63,856 bases of DNA from positions 1-63,856 of the forward strand of contig JAKAKH010000007.1 in assembly GCA_021824605.1 (NCBI GenBank). Reading direction: 5' to 3'. Below the pieces are notes generated by a model. That model was not told where the DNA came from. It made no database searches and saw only the letters and a program-made list of their open reading frames with translations. Source of the stretch: a bacterium. Lineage in GTDB: Bacteria > Patescibacteriota > Minisyncoccia > Phycocordibacterales > Phycocordibacteraceae. Below are positions 21,210 through 30,470 of the stretch, piece after piece (positions within the stretch are counted from its first letter, which is position 1; every line of letters begins with the position of its first letter). Both the position numbers and the translations under genes were made by a program.

Positions 21210-21255
21210 GACAAACACAGAAGCCGCGACGTACGTCGCGGCTTCTGTGTTTGTC
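21210..21255. repeat. Perfect 46-bp palindrome, probably a terminator or REP-like element
   Basis: gacaaacacagaagccgcgacgt|acgtcgcggcttctgtgtttgtc. Confidence 0.85.
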
Positions 21256-21271
21256 CAGTATCATTGCGCGT

Positions 21272-21511
21272 ATGAAAGTCTACGCCGAAGTTGGGGTTGG
21301 GAATGACACGTTCCTCTCGACTGAATACGAAGAAGGGGATCGGGAATATCGGGTCCCAAGCTTCGTGAAGCCACCACATGTAACAGAATATTATGTCCGT
21401 ATTTGGATACGAAAGACGGTCTATATATTCTCGACCAATGAGGGTTTCAAGAAGATCTCAAAGGATAAAAACAGATTCAAGTTACTTTTTGGAGTTGGCG
21501 GTGTGCGTTAG
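21272..21511 (+). CDS. Small conserved protein (DUF3977-like)
   Basis: YAEVGVGNDTFLSTEYE...YVRIWI pattern. Confidence 0.65.
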   Translation: MKVYAEVGVGNDTFLSTEYEEGDREYRVPSFVKPPHVTEYYVRIWIRKTVYIFSTNEGFKKISKDKNRFKLLFGVGGVR

Positions 21512-21520
21512 TATGACACT

Positions 21521-22165
21521 ATGACCAAAAATATCTTTCTCCTCAGTATGATGAGCCCGCTCGACGAAGGGTTGCGCGAGACGCTTGCTCGAGAAATTCT
21601 CAAGCGCGGCATGAAGGTTGCGTACATATCCTCGAGTCCGCAGAGTGGTGACCGGCCATACTACCAGTCGACCATTGCCGACTATACGGCAATCAGTCCC
21701 GACATTCGTGTCGACTATTTCGATCTCTCAGATGCTTTCACAGACGAGATGCTCGCTACGCTTCCTTCCTATGCCGCCATCTACCTCTCGGGAGGGAACA
21801 CATTTACTTTTATGGATAGTGCACGAAAGCGCGGACTTCAGACAATTCTTGAACAGCACCTAGCAAACGACGGGGTGCTCATCGGCGCAAGTGCGGGGAG
21901 CATCATGTGCACGCCCTCAATTGAACTTGCGAAGTTTGGTGACGAGAACGAAGTCGGCATGACCGACTTCTCAGGATTCGGATTTATCGACTTCGAGTTC
22001 CATCCGCACTTTAATGATGAATCGAGGGAGCGCGAGCAACTAGCAGAATACCAGCGCACACACGCACAGGAAATTTATACATGCAAGGATGGGGCAGGGA
22101 TACATGTCTCTGACCCAGGAATCGAAGTGTTTGGTGAGGTTTCGAAGCTTGTGTCGATTGAATGA
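21521..22165 (+). CDS. Peptidase S51 (dipeptidase E-like), class I GATase fold
   Basis: IYLSGGNTF, GASAGS nucleophile, FHPHF. Confidence 0.88.
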   Translation: MTKNIFLLSMMSPLDEGLRETLAREILKRGMKVAYISSSPQSGDRPYYQSTIADYTAISPDIRVDYFDLSDAFTDEMLATLPSYAAIYLSGGNTFTFMDSARKRGLQTILEQHLANDGVLIGASAGSIMCTPSIELAKFGDENEVGMTDFSGFGFIDFEFHPHFNDESREREQLAEYQRTHAQEIYTCKDGAGIHVSDPGIEVFGEVSKLVSIE

Positions 22166-22303
22166 ATAGGTGAACAGGAATATCTCAATAAGATCATAAG
22201 GTATTGTCGAATACTGATGGCGTGTTACTATCTCGCATGGACATCGGTGGTGCTTGTCCAGGATTCTCCCGTACAACGCCAGTGTCCTTCCTAGGAGTTT
22301 GTT

Positions 22304-22528
22304 GTGGGTAAAAAATCGCAAAAACCTGTATCGAGTCACAATCCATTCGCGGCCGAGGGTTTCAAGCTCTCTTCCTTTACGCATAAATGTTGTTGTGTTG
22401 CCGTGCGTGTTGGGGAGATGGTGGAAGTTCGGGACACGAAAAACCCCGAAGGTCCAACCCTTTCTTTCAACAAGGACGAATGGAAGGCTTTCGTCAGCGG
22501 CATCAAAAATAACGAATTCGACGTCTGA
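22304..22528 (+). CDS. DUF397 domain protein
   Basis: CVAV...VEVRDTKNPEGPTLSF...EWKAF..GIK; GTG start with aggag SD; terminator at ~22539-22575. Confidence 0.8.
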   Translation: MGKKSQKPVSSHNPFAAEGFKLSSFTHKCCCVAVRVGEMVEVRDTKNPEGPTLSFNKDEWKAFVSGIKNNEFDV

Positions 22529-22619
22529 AGGATTCATGGAGGGGACGAATATGTTCCCTCTATTTTATTTTTATTCGATCTAGACAATTGCCGCGCAGCA
22601 ATCTGTTATTATCTTCTCA

Positions 22620-23210
22620 ATGTCTTCCCGTAAAACATTTTTCATCATTCCCGGCTTTAAACAAAAAGCGGGTAATAAATCGTTTGTGTGGCTCGGAAAT
22701 CTCTTAAAAGACAGAGGGTTTGAGGTAGTAAAAGTATCTATATGTTGGGAACGTAGAACCATGAAAGAATATGTCGAAGATTTCATCGAAGTGTATAAGA
22801 AGTATCAGTCTGGGGAAAATTATATTTTGGGATTTTCATATGGAGCGGTTATCGCTTTATTGTCGGCTAATGCACTGAAACCAAAGAAAATATATTTGTG
22901 TTCCCTAAGCCCAGACTTCAAAGAAGATGTTTCGGCAATGACGCCCTGGCTAAAGAAATATGTTGGCAAAAGACGTATCGCGTACAGTTTAAAGACAAGC
23001 GGGAGAGAGATCGCGAAGAATCTCAGGATCTCTTCCGTGATTTTTTATGGTGAAGCAGAGGCCAGGGGTTATCCGCAAATTAAAGTTCGATGTGAAGAAA
23101 CGGCTAATCTTGCTGCACGATCAAAGCTCGTGGTGGTAGAAAAGTCGCCTCATCAAATAGACTTCCCAACTTATAAAACGGCACTCATTAAAGAGCTGAA
23201 AACTATATAG
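22620..23210 (+). CDS. Alpha/beta hydrolase
   Basis: IIPGF, GFSYG nucleophile elbow, C-terminal His. Confidence 0.8.
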   Translation: MSSRKTFFIIPGFKQKAGNKSFVWLGNLLKDRGFEVVKVSICWERRTMKEYVEDFIEVYKKYQSGENYILGFSYGAVIALLSANALKPKKIYLCSLSPDFKEDVSAMTPWLKKYVGKRRIAYSLKTSGREIAKNLRISSVIFYGEAEARGYPQIKVRCEETANLAARSKLVVVEKSPHQIDFPTYKTALIKELKTI

Positions 23211-23270
23211 AAGCCTCTCTTCTTTGCGATTTCTTGTGAGACGGTCGAACGTATTTGCTAGAATACTCAC

Positions 23271-23855
23271 ATGACCGACGAACAATTGATAACCAGAGCA
23301 AAATCCCTACAGGATGAGGCGCGGCGGATTCTAGAGGAACTCGACCTACTCGCGGTTATCGGGGCAATTTCCGAACCAGAAGTCGTCGGGAGCGTGAAGA
23401 ACGGGCTCATGATTATGCCGGACATTGATATTCATGCATGGATGGAAGAGCCAGATCTTAGTGCCGTCGCAAACCTTTTTCCGACACTCATGAAGATGCC
23501 GACTATCCAGATGGTGCATTTCAATAACTATCGCGAGCTACGAAGAGATTTCCGAAAAGATCGCATCAATTTTCCACATGCGTACTATGTCGGAATGCGT
23601 ACGACACAACCCTCTGGCGAGTGGAAGATTGATATGTGGTTTGGAAAGCGTGGGGAAGTGGGCGACTACGATGCGACCGAACTCGATACGATGACCGACG
23701 AACAACGTCTCGTCATTCTGAGACTCAAGGAAATATGGAAAGACGGTAAGGGGTATCGAGATGGTGTCCTCAGTACTGATTTCTACAAAGCGGTCATGCG
23801 ACATAACGTGAAAGATGAAGAAGGATTTATAGAATACTTGAGAACGAAAGAATAA
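23271..23855 (+). CDS. Pol-beta-like nucleotidyltransferase-fold protein
   Basis: VGS...DIDI and WKIDMW motifs. Confidence 0.65.
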   Translation: MTDEQLITRAKSLQDEARRILEELDLLAVIGAISEPEVVGSVKNGLMIMPDIDIHAWMEEPDLSAVANLFPTLMKMPTIQMVHFNNYRELRRDFRKDRINFPHAYYVGMRTTQPSGEWKIDMWFGKRGEVGDYDATELDTMTDEQRLVILRLKEIWKDGKGYRDGVLSTDFYKAVMRHNVKDEEGFIEYLRTKE

Positions 23856-23858
23856 CGT

Positions 23859-24359
23859 ATGGAAATAAAATCAACATTGAAAAGCCGACTGTCGGGGATA
23901 GTGCCGGTGGTATATCGAGACATCGAATCGATTGATGAGCTTGGTGACCGAGTGGTCCACGGCGTCCATGCGTATTGTTTTGTAGGCGATAAGCTCGTCA
24001 TCGTGTATTCAGAAGCAAAGGGATATTGGACACCGCCGGGTGGGGGAGTAGAGCCGGGCGAGACGATTGAAGAGGCAACTATACGTGAAGTGCTCGAAGA
24101 AACAAATATGCGCGTGCTCAAACAGCGCATCATCGGCTATCAAGAAGTCTCTGAACCACATCGACTTACGGTGCAGGTGCGTTCGGTCTGTATCGTCGAA
24201 CCGATTGGACCGTTCGTTGCAGACGCTGACTCCAGTGATGGCGAGGGTGTGACAGAGATTAAACTCATCGACCCAAAAAACATCAAACAGTACTTTGACT
24301 GGGGCGAAGTTGGCGAGCATATCCTCGCCCGGGCCTTGTCTATCAAAGGAGGGCTTTGA
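23859..24359 (+). CDS. NUDIX hydrolase
   Basis: PGGGVEPGETIEEATIREVLEET Nudix box. Confidence 0.92.
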   Translation: MEIKSTLKSRLSGIVPVVYRDIESIDELGDRVVHGVHAYCFVGDKLVIVYSEAKGYWTPPGGGVEPGETIEEATIREVLEETNMRVLKQRIIGYQEVSEPHRLTVQVRSVCIVEPIGPFVADADSSDGEGVTEIKLIDPKNIKQYFDWGEVGEHILARALSIKGGL

Positions 24360-24371
24360 ACGCTGTTGATT

Positions 24372-24704
24372 ATGCAAGAAGTCGCACAAAAGATTCGGAG
24401 TGATTTTGAAGCCGGTGTGATTGATCAGGAATTACTTGTTGAGCTTTATAAGGGGTATAAAGATGTTGGCGATACGGTACAGTTTGTAACCAAAGCAAGA
24501 GAGATATTTCCGAATGGGAATTGCGGCCTCGCATCTCTCTATCTTAAGGAGAAGCTCGGAGGGGAAGTAGTTCAGGGGAAGTATGGAAAACATAATCATA
24601 CGTTTCTGTTTGTCGATGGAACGGTTATTGATATCACCGCAGATCAATTCGGAGGTCCTAAAGTTTATATAGGACCTCTTCAATTTCCCTGGGAGCTTGC
24701 TTAA
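24372..24704 (+). CDS. Hypothetical protein with a Cys-His-Asp (papain/transglutaminase-like) pattern
   Basis: GNCGLAS...HTFL...IDITADQF. Confidence 0.55.
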   Translation: MQEVAQKIRSDFEAGVIDQELLVELYKGYKDVGDTVQFVTKAREIFPNGNCGLASLYLKEKLGGEVVQGKYGKHNHTFLFVDGTVIDITADQFGGPKVYIGPLQFPWELA

Positions 24705-24709
24705 TAAAA

Positions 24710-24727
24710 GCCGCCCCTTGGGGCGGC
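24710..24727. terminator. Hairpin between convergent genes
   Basis: gccgcccc-tt-ggggcggc preceded by an A-tract. Confidence 0.65.
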
Positions 24728-24732
24728 AAGCA

Positions 24733-25401
24733 TTAGAAGATGCTCGTTTCTTTTTCGAGTTGTGCATGTTGTTCGTCTGTAAGTCTCGGTAGACTTTTTG
24801 TTTTTTGGTAGTTCGCCCAAATTGGTTCCCAATCCTCCCGAAAGATCTCGAGGCTAATACTGTCGACGAAGTTTCCGTTGTCGAAGTGGTGAGATTTATG
24901 TCGACCAACTTGCTTGAAACCGCAGGCCAGCAAGTGACCCCAGCTATTCCCATTGAATGCTTTTACGCGCGAGCAGACCTTACGGAATCCGCGTACACGA
25001 AATGCTTCGTATAGGAGCAGTAGCTTCGCTTCGGTACCGTAGCCCTTGCCGAAGCAGGTTGGGTCGATAATGAGACTCCCACTTTCGCAGTATCCGCCTG
25101 GCCACGTTAGGTCGTGTAGACCAGTATGGCCGATATAGCGGTATCCAGTTACGATGCCCGCCGAATCTTTCTGGTGAAGAAGGATGGCAAAGATGAGATT
25201 ACCTCTCTTGCTGATATTTTCGTACCATGCGAATTCGGTTTCGAGTGTTACTGGTGGTTGCAATACAACCCCTCGCGTCACTTCTGGGTTATTCACTCCC
25301 GACATGCAGAGGGGGATGTAGTCCCGTTGCATTGCGCCGAGAGACAAGTACAGCAAGCCATGGCGAGTTGGATAATGAGTACCCACAACTATTCCTCTCA
25401 A
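24733..25401 (-). CDS. RimJ/RimL-type GNAT acetyltransferase
   Basis: GKGYGTEA motif A, FN..S...L..CGF; TTG start uncertain. Confidence 0.85.
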   Translation of the reverse strand: MRGIVVGTHYPTRHGLLYLSLGAMQRDYIPLCMSGVNNPEVTRGVVLQPPVTLETEFAWYENISKRGNLIFAILLHQKDSAGIVTGYRYIGHTGLHDLTWPGGYCESGSLIIDPTCFGKGYGTEAKLLLLYEAFRVRGFRKVCSRVKAFNGNSWGHLLACGFKQVGRHKSHHFDNGNFVDSISLEIFREDWEPIWANYQKTKSLPRLTDEQHAQLEKETSIF

Positions 25402-25425
25402 AGATCACGCTCTGCTCAAGAAGAT

Positions 25426-25467
25426 AAAGAAAAACCTCAGCTTCCGCAGAGCCGAGGTTTTTCTTTG
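25426..25467 (-). terminator. Intrinsic terminator upstream of the GNAT gene (attenuator candidate)
   Basis: aaagaaaaacctc ... gaggtttttcttt inverted repeat with T tracts. Confidence 0.7.
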
Positions 25468-25507
25468 TATCTTTATTGTTAGAGGGTGTGGAGAAGAAAA
25501 ATCGCGG

Positions 25508-25576
25508 CTATGCACAAGCAAGACCAAGACCTGAGATCTCGATCGTCATTCGTGAATAGTCGCAATTCAAATGCAT
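25508..25576 (-). CDS. Putative 22-aa leader peptide MHLNCDYSRMTIEISGLGLACA
   Basis: ATG 6 nt after a -10 box; stop ~40 nt before the terminator. Confidence 0.45.
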   Translation of the reverse strand: MHLNCDYSRMTIEISGLGLACA

Positions 25577-25580
25577 AACG

Positions 25581-25610
25581 AAATACTAGCTTTTCTAGTA
25601 TTTTTGTCAA
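25581..25610 (-). promoter_or_regulatory. Sigma70 promoter with an overlapping palindromic operator
   Basis: TTGACA-N16-TAGTAT on the minus strand; aaatactag-N5-ctagtattt palindrome. Confidence 0.65.
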
Positions 25611-25720
25611 TACCGGTAGGTACGCCGTACCTCACCTACCGAGCGTCGTGACTACTTGCTGCGTGGTATACTCAATCGCGTATCCTGAGATACTTATTAA
25701 GTTTAGTATTACTTTATTGT

Positions 25721-26383
25721 ATGTATAACTTCGTCCGTTCTCGTGCTGTTTCTGTAGCCACTGGTGCTGTCTTCTTCGCAGCACTTTTTAGCGTGGCACC
25801 AGTTGCCCAGGCGGCTACTCTCTCAGCAACGCAGATCAGTGCCATTACAAATCTGCTCCAAGCTTTCGGCGCTGATCCGGCGGTTGTGGCAAACGTCCAG
25901 TCGGTGCTTGAGGGTACGTCGACCTCGACGCCGGCAGTCCAGCCTCCGGTGCAGCTTCCGACTATCTCCGGGACACTGATGGGTGGAAATGGATGCAATG
26001 TCGTCTCCGGTGATCTTCGCCCAGGTGTCTTTGGTGCGGAGGTGTCACGACTCCAAGCGTTCCTTGGGAAGGACAAGAGCATTTACCCTGAGGGTTCAGT
26101 CACAGGCCACTTTGGTCCGATGACCGAGGAAGCTGTGCAGCGATGGCAGTCCTCACACGGTATTGTGGCCACGGGTACGCCAGCGACAACCGGTTTTGGC
26201 GTTGTTGGTCCGCGAACGCTCAGGGAGATGGATCGCGAGATGGAGATGGAGTGCGAGAATGGTGACACAGGTAGCGTCACAGCATCTTCAACTTCTTCCG
26301 AGTCGTCAGCAAGCGTTGAAGGTACGGCAGTAACGACCACTGGTGACAGTACCGCCTCCTCGACCTCGTCGCACGATAACTAG
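25721..26383 (+). CDS. Secreted protein with a peptidoglycan-binding (PG_binding_1) domain
   Basis: Signal peptide; GAEVSRLQAFL...TGHFGPMTEEAVQRWQ...GVVGPRT. Confidence 0.85.
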   Translation: MYNFVRSRAVSVATGAVFFAALFSVAPVAQAATLSATQISAITNLLQAFGADPAVVANVQSVLEGTSTSTPAVQPPVQLPTISGTLMGGNGCNVVSGDLRPGVFGAEVSRLQAFLGKDKSIYPEGSVTGHFGPMTEEAVQRWQSSHGIVATGTPATTGFGVVGPRTLREMDREMEMECENGDTGSVTASSTSSESSASVEGTAVTTTGDSTASSTSSHDN

Positions 26384-26386
26384 TAT

Positions 26387-26437
26387 TTCGTCAAAATAAA
26401 AACCGCGCACACAGTGCGCGGTTTTTATTTTGACGAA
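26387..26437. terminator. Long bidirectional terminator
   Basis: 24-bp perfect arms ttcgtcaaaataaaaaccgcgcac / gtgcgcggtttttattttgacgaa. Confidence 0.85.
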
Positions 26438-26469
26438 GGTAGTTGCGACGAGGGGAGGAGCGTGATATG

Positions 26470-26484
26470 GTTAGATACTCTAAC
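26470..26484. promoter_or_regulatory. Probable MarR operator of the efflux operon
   Basis: gttag-atact-ctaac palindrome just upstream of an operon ending in a MarR gene. Confidence 0.5.
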
Positions 26485-26498
26485 TAATTACCATCTGC

Positions 26499-27779
26499 AT
26501 GTCTGAACGATTCCATCGCATCCTCTCCTATCTCTTACAGCCGGTAGTGGCTCTCGGCGGTGCTGTCGTTATTGCCGTAGTTCTTATCGGCATGGCGTGG
26601 CGGACGAGCACCGTTCTGCCAGTAGGGCAGTATGTGGCAGTACAAACCGCTCCTATCACGGCAGTTGGCGGCGCGAATTCTGAACTGTCGTTTCAGGTAC
26701 CTGGGCAGATTGTGGCTATTCCCGTGAAGCTTGGTCAGATTGTCGGTGCGGGCGCAACGCTTATCGCACTCGACCAGTCAGCGCTGCTCGCGACCCGAGC
26801 AGGAGCTGTCGCAAATCTCGAGGCGGCGCAGGCGAGACTTGCCGCACTTCGGGCGGGTACTCGGCCTGAGCAACTGACGATCGACGAGACAGCGGTCACG
26901 CAGGCGGAGGAGGCGTTGCGTGGTGCGATTCGAAGTGCGTACATTACTGCAGACGATGCGATTCATACCAAGACCGATCAGTTTTTCCTCAATCCGCGCA
27001 CCTCGTCAGCGACGCTTGCGTTTACGTTCTCTGATCAGACACTGCAAAACACCGTACAAAATGAGCGGGTCGCTCTCGAGGCGGTGCTCGCTGACTGGGG
27101 TTCCGAGGTGAGTGCGACAAGTTTCGCGACCCAGGATCCTCATGCGAGCGCTGCGGTTGCTCAAACGAATCTCGCGCAAATTTCTGCTTTTCTCGATACC
27201 GTTGCGAGCTTGCTCGCAGAGAGCACGCCGTCTGCTACGTTGCCACTTACAACCCTGCAGGGATATCAGTCGGCGATCAATACCGCCCGTCTCGGTGTCT
27301 CGGGAGCAGCCAATACCATAACGAGTGCGACAACCGCGCTCCGGTCTGCGGAGGGAGTCCTTACGCTCGCACAAGCCGGTCCGACGACAAATGATATTGC
27401 AGCAGCACAGGCGGCAGTCGACGCGGCACAAGCGACGCTCAGCGGTGTGGATGTCTCAATTCGAAATGCAGTTCTGACTGCACCAGTGGCCGGTACGGTC
27501 GTCACGCTGAATGCGCACTTGGGACAGACGGTGGTGCCGGGGCAGGTACTGGTTTCGATCCAGTCACTTGGAGGAAGTAAGGAGCAGGCGCTCGTTGTCC
27601 CGACGAGCAGCATCATGACCGATGGCGGACAATCGTTTGTGTATGTGAAGCGCGGCACCGGTGCTCCCGTAAAGACGCTTGTGACAACCGGTCTTGTGAG
27701 CGCTACCGGTATGACCGAAATCGTTTCGGGGCTTACCAGCGGGCAAGAGGTACTCTCGTTTGGCATCACCACTCAGTAA
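26499..27779 (+). CDS. Efflux periplasmic adaptor (HlyD/MFP family)
   Basis: Lipoyl half-motifs LSFQVPGQI..VKLGQ.V..G and LTAPVAGTV; long helical hairpin. Confidence 0.85.
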   Translation: MSERFHRILSYLLQPVVALGGAVVIAVVLIGMAWRTSTVLPVGQYVAVQTAPITAVGGANSELSFQVPGQIVAIPVKLGQIVGAGATLIALDQSALLATRAGAVANLEAAQARLAALRAGTRPEQLTIDETAVTQAEEALRGAIRSAYITADDAIHTKTDQFFLNPRTSSATLAFTFSDQTLQNTVQNERVALEAVLADWGSEVSATSFATQDPHASAAVAQTNLAQISAFLDTVASLLAESTPSATLPLTTLQGYQSAINTARLGVSGAANTITSATTALRSAEGVLTLAQAGPTTNDIAAAQAAVDAAQATLSGVDVSIRNAVLTAPVAGTVVTLNAHLGQTVVPGQVLVSIQSLGGSKEQALVVPTSSIMTDGGQSFVYVKRGTGAPVKTLVTTGLVSATGMTEIVSGLTSGQEVLSFGITTQ

Positions 27780-27787
27780 TATTTACT

Positions 27788-28402
27788 ATGACACCACTTC
27801 GAAAAAAGCTCATCGTTATTGGTAGTAGTATCACTATCATTCTTGCGGGTGCAATAATTGCGTACGGTATTTCGACAGCGAATCGTATCGCCATTGATAC
27901 GGCAAGTATTGAGGCACCACTCATTACGCTCACTGCGGCTGCGCCAGGGCGTCTCGATCGGGTGTATGTGCACTCGGGGGATACGGTTGCAGCAAATCAG
28001 CCAGTAGCGCTCGTGGGGACACAAGTCATTACGAGTAAAGTTGCAGGTCTTGTGGTGCAGGTGAATGACGTGCTCGGAGCCGAGATTGGTGCGGGGTCGG
28101 AGGTCGTGACGATGATCGACCCGCTGCAGCTTCGCGTTGTCGGGAGAATTGATGAGAATAAAGGTCTTGCGCAGATACAGGTGGGCGACCCGGTCGTCTT
28201 CACGGTGGACGCGTTTGGTGGTCGACAGTTCTCGGGCGTGATTGATGAGGTGGCACCGACCAGTAATCAATCGGGCATCGTGTTCAATATCTCCGACCAA
28301 CGCCAAGTTCAGCAATTTGATGTGAAAGCTCGTTTTGATACGAATGCGTATCCGGAACTCCGAAATGGCATGTCGGCACGCATGTGGATCTCGACGCGGT
28401 AG
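27788..28402 (+). CDS. HlyD/EmrA-like adaptor protein
   Basis: V.SGD.V, IDE..L..IQVGD.V.F.VDAF, LRNGMSA. Confidence 0.85.
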   Translation: MTPLRKKLIVIGSSITIILAGAIIAYGISTANRIAIDTASIEAPLITLTAAAPGRLDRVYVHSGDTVAANQPVALVGTQVITSKVAGLVVQVNDVLGAEIGAGSEVVTMIDPLQLRVVGRIDENKGLAQIQVGDPVVFTVDAFGGRQFSGVIDEVAPTSNQSGIVFNISDQRQVQQFDVKARFDTNAYPELRNGMSARMWISTR

Positions 28403-28414
28403 TGCACGGACGCT

Positions 28415-29944
28415 ATGGCGGGCACCCCTGAGGACACTTCGAATCAGTCGCGCGGCGGGTCGCCGTGGCTGGTGCTTGGGACAGTGATGGTGGGGACGCT
28501 CCTCATTGGTCTTGACCGTACGGTCGTGAATCTTGCGATGCCGAAGATTATGGGTGACTTCGGTATCACTGTCAGTTCAGCCGCATGGATTGCTACCGCG
28601 TACATCATCAGCAATGCTATCTTCGTGCCGGTGTTCGGGAAGCTCGGCGACCTATTCGGGAATCGAGTGATTTATCTTTGGAGTTTTGTCGGATTCATCG
28701 GCGTTTCTATTCTGGCAGGGCTTTCGTGGAGCCTCAACTCACTGATATTCTTCCGCGTGCTTCAAGGGCTTGTCGGTGCAGCGGTGTATCCCACGGCTAT
28801 GTCGCTCATCGCGAAGTCATTTCTCGATCCGAAGAAGCGCGCGCAGGCGCTCGGTATCTGGTCGTCTTCCTTTGCAATATCTGCGGTTATTGGGCCGCTG
28901 CTGGGCGGGTACCTTGTCGATAATTTCGATTGGCGCTGGGTATTCTTTATTAATTTGCCGATCGGTATCGCCGGCCTCATTATGACGCTGCTCTTCATTT
29001 CGCAGGATCGTCCCGGGGAGCGGGGAACATTCGACTGGTTTGGCGCGGTACTTCTCTCGGGCGCGATCTCGAGTCTCGTGCTCGTGGTTGACCGAGGGCA
29101 GGATTGGGGCTGGCTTTCAAGCACGAGCATGCTGTGTTACGGGGGCACGCTCGTCTTTGGTCTCCTTGTGTACTGGTGGGAGACGCGGCACAGCCATCCT
29201 ATTATTGATTTCAAATTCTTTCGGAATCCCGTGATTGTCTCAGTGCTCGTGGTGTCGTTTATCTCTTTTGGCGGCATGATGGGAGCGATGCTCTTGTTGC
29301 CGGTATTTGCGCAGACGTTTCTCCATTACACCGCGACTCAGAGCGGGTATCTCTTCGTACCCATGGCGCTCGCGCTTCCCGTTTTCGCACCATTTGGTGC
29401 CCGGCTTGCGAATCGGTTTCACCCCCGATATACGGTGTCGTTTGGTATGGCACTCTCAGCGCTCGGGCTGTTTCTCTTGATGCATCTTGATCCTGCGATG
29501 ACTTCGAGCGATTTCATACTTCCCCTCGTGCTTTTCGGCGCGGGTCTTGGCCTTGGGATGGCGCCGCTCACGAGTGCGGCGACTACCTCGGTTCCACTGC
29601 ATGAAGTCGGGATGTCGTCGGGCTTACTGAATCTCACGCGAAATATCGGCGGCGCATTTGGCATTGCCATTTTTAGTACCATTCTTGCGAATGCGACGAA
29701 TGCGAACGTCCTTCTGGTTGCACAGAATTCGCATATTCACGGTGCGACGGGAGCGATCCTCGCTGAGGCCGCGCAACTTATCATTATGAAAGCGCAGCTT
29801 CTCTCCTACGGAACAGTCTTCGGGTATGCCGCGGAAGCGATGCTGCTTGGTGCGTTCATTGCGCTTTTCTTCCTGCGCACCACAGAGGCGAGAGGCGAAG
29901 ATATTCCACCAGAGTTGCGTGCAGAGGCCGCTGCGGGTGGATAA
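28415..29944 (+). CDS. DHA2 (EmrB/QacA) MFS multidrug efflux pump
   Basis: LDRTVVNLAMP, GKLGDLFG, FRVLQG, WRWVFFINLPIG; about 14 TMs. Confidence 0.93.
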   Translation: MAGTPEDTSNQSRGGSPWLVLGTVMVGTLLIGLDRTVVNLAMPKIMGDFGITVSSAAWIATAYIISNAIFVPVFGKLGDLFGNRVIYLWSFVGFIGVSILAGLSWSLNSLIFFRVLQGLVGAAVYPTAMSLIAKSFLDPKKRAQALGIWSSSFAISAVIGPLLGGYLVDNFDWRWVFFINLPIGIAGLIMTLLFISQDRPGERGTFDWFGAVLLSGAISSLVLVVDRGQDWGWLSSTSMLCYGGTLVFGLLVYWWETRHSHPIIDFKFFRNPVIVSVLVVSFISFGGMMGAMLLLPVFAQTFLHYTATQSGYLFVPMALALPVFAPFGARLANRFHPRYTVSFGMALSALGLFLLMHLDPAMTSSDFILPLVLFGAGLGLGMAPLTSAATTSVPLHEVGMSSGLLNLTRNIGGAFGIAIFSTILANATNANVLLVAQNSHIHGATGAILAEAAQLIIMKAQLLSYGTVFGYAAEAMLLGAFIALFFLRTTEARGEDIPPELRAEAAAGG

Positions 29945-29951
29945 TAGCACT

Positions 29952-30419
29952 ATGACATCGCGTACTATTCCGAAACAGAAACCACAGAGTGCGCGAGACA
30001 TTGCGCGTGCAATATCTCTGTTCTTTGCGGTACGCGGCAGAATGCGCACGAAACTCGCTGGTGGGACGAAGCTTGATCCCTCGTCGTGGCTCCGTATTGA
30101 GACGATGAAATTCATTGCCGATCACACGGATTCGAAAATGAAGGATGTTGCTGAGTACCTTTCAATCACTGCACCCTCGGCCACTTCGCTCATTCGTGGC
30201 TTAGTGAAAAGTGGTCTTGTCGCGCACTGTACGGATGATCGTGACCATCGTGTCTTGCGGCTTGCACTCACTGCGAAGGGGAGGACTGAGCTTGCGTCTG
30301 CTATTGCCTACGGACGACGACGTCTCCGTGGCTTATTTGCAGTACTTTTAGACGAAGAGCTGCAGGCATTTATCGGCGCGCTCGAGAAGATTCGAAGCGT
30401 ATCAACGGACGAGAAATAA
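29952..30419 (+). CDS. MarR-family regulator
   Basis: DVAEYLSITAPSATSLIRGLVKSGLV...DRDHR...LT.KG. Confidence 0.9.
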   Translation: MTSRTIPKQKPQSARDIARAISLFFAVRGRMRTKLAGGTKLDPSSWLRIETMKFIADHTDSKMKDVAEYLSITAPSATSLIRGLVKSGLVAHCTDDRDHRVLRLALTAKGRTELASAIAYGRRRLRGLFAVLLDEELQAFIGALEKIRSVSTDEK

Positions 30420-30470
30420 TTTTCGTCGAAAAGCTCGTCAAGGAACAGACCTTTGGTATCATATTGCTAT

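Noticed and set aside
21203..21275. Integron attC site after the ASCH gene (GCCTAAC = RYYYAAC plus palindrome)
   Set aside because: No matching GTTRRRY closes the palindrome, there are no extrahelical bases, the pattern is not repeated after other genes, and no intI is in the window
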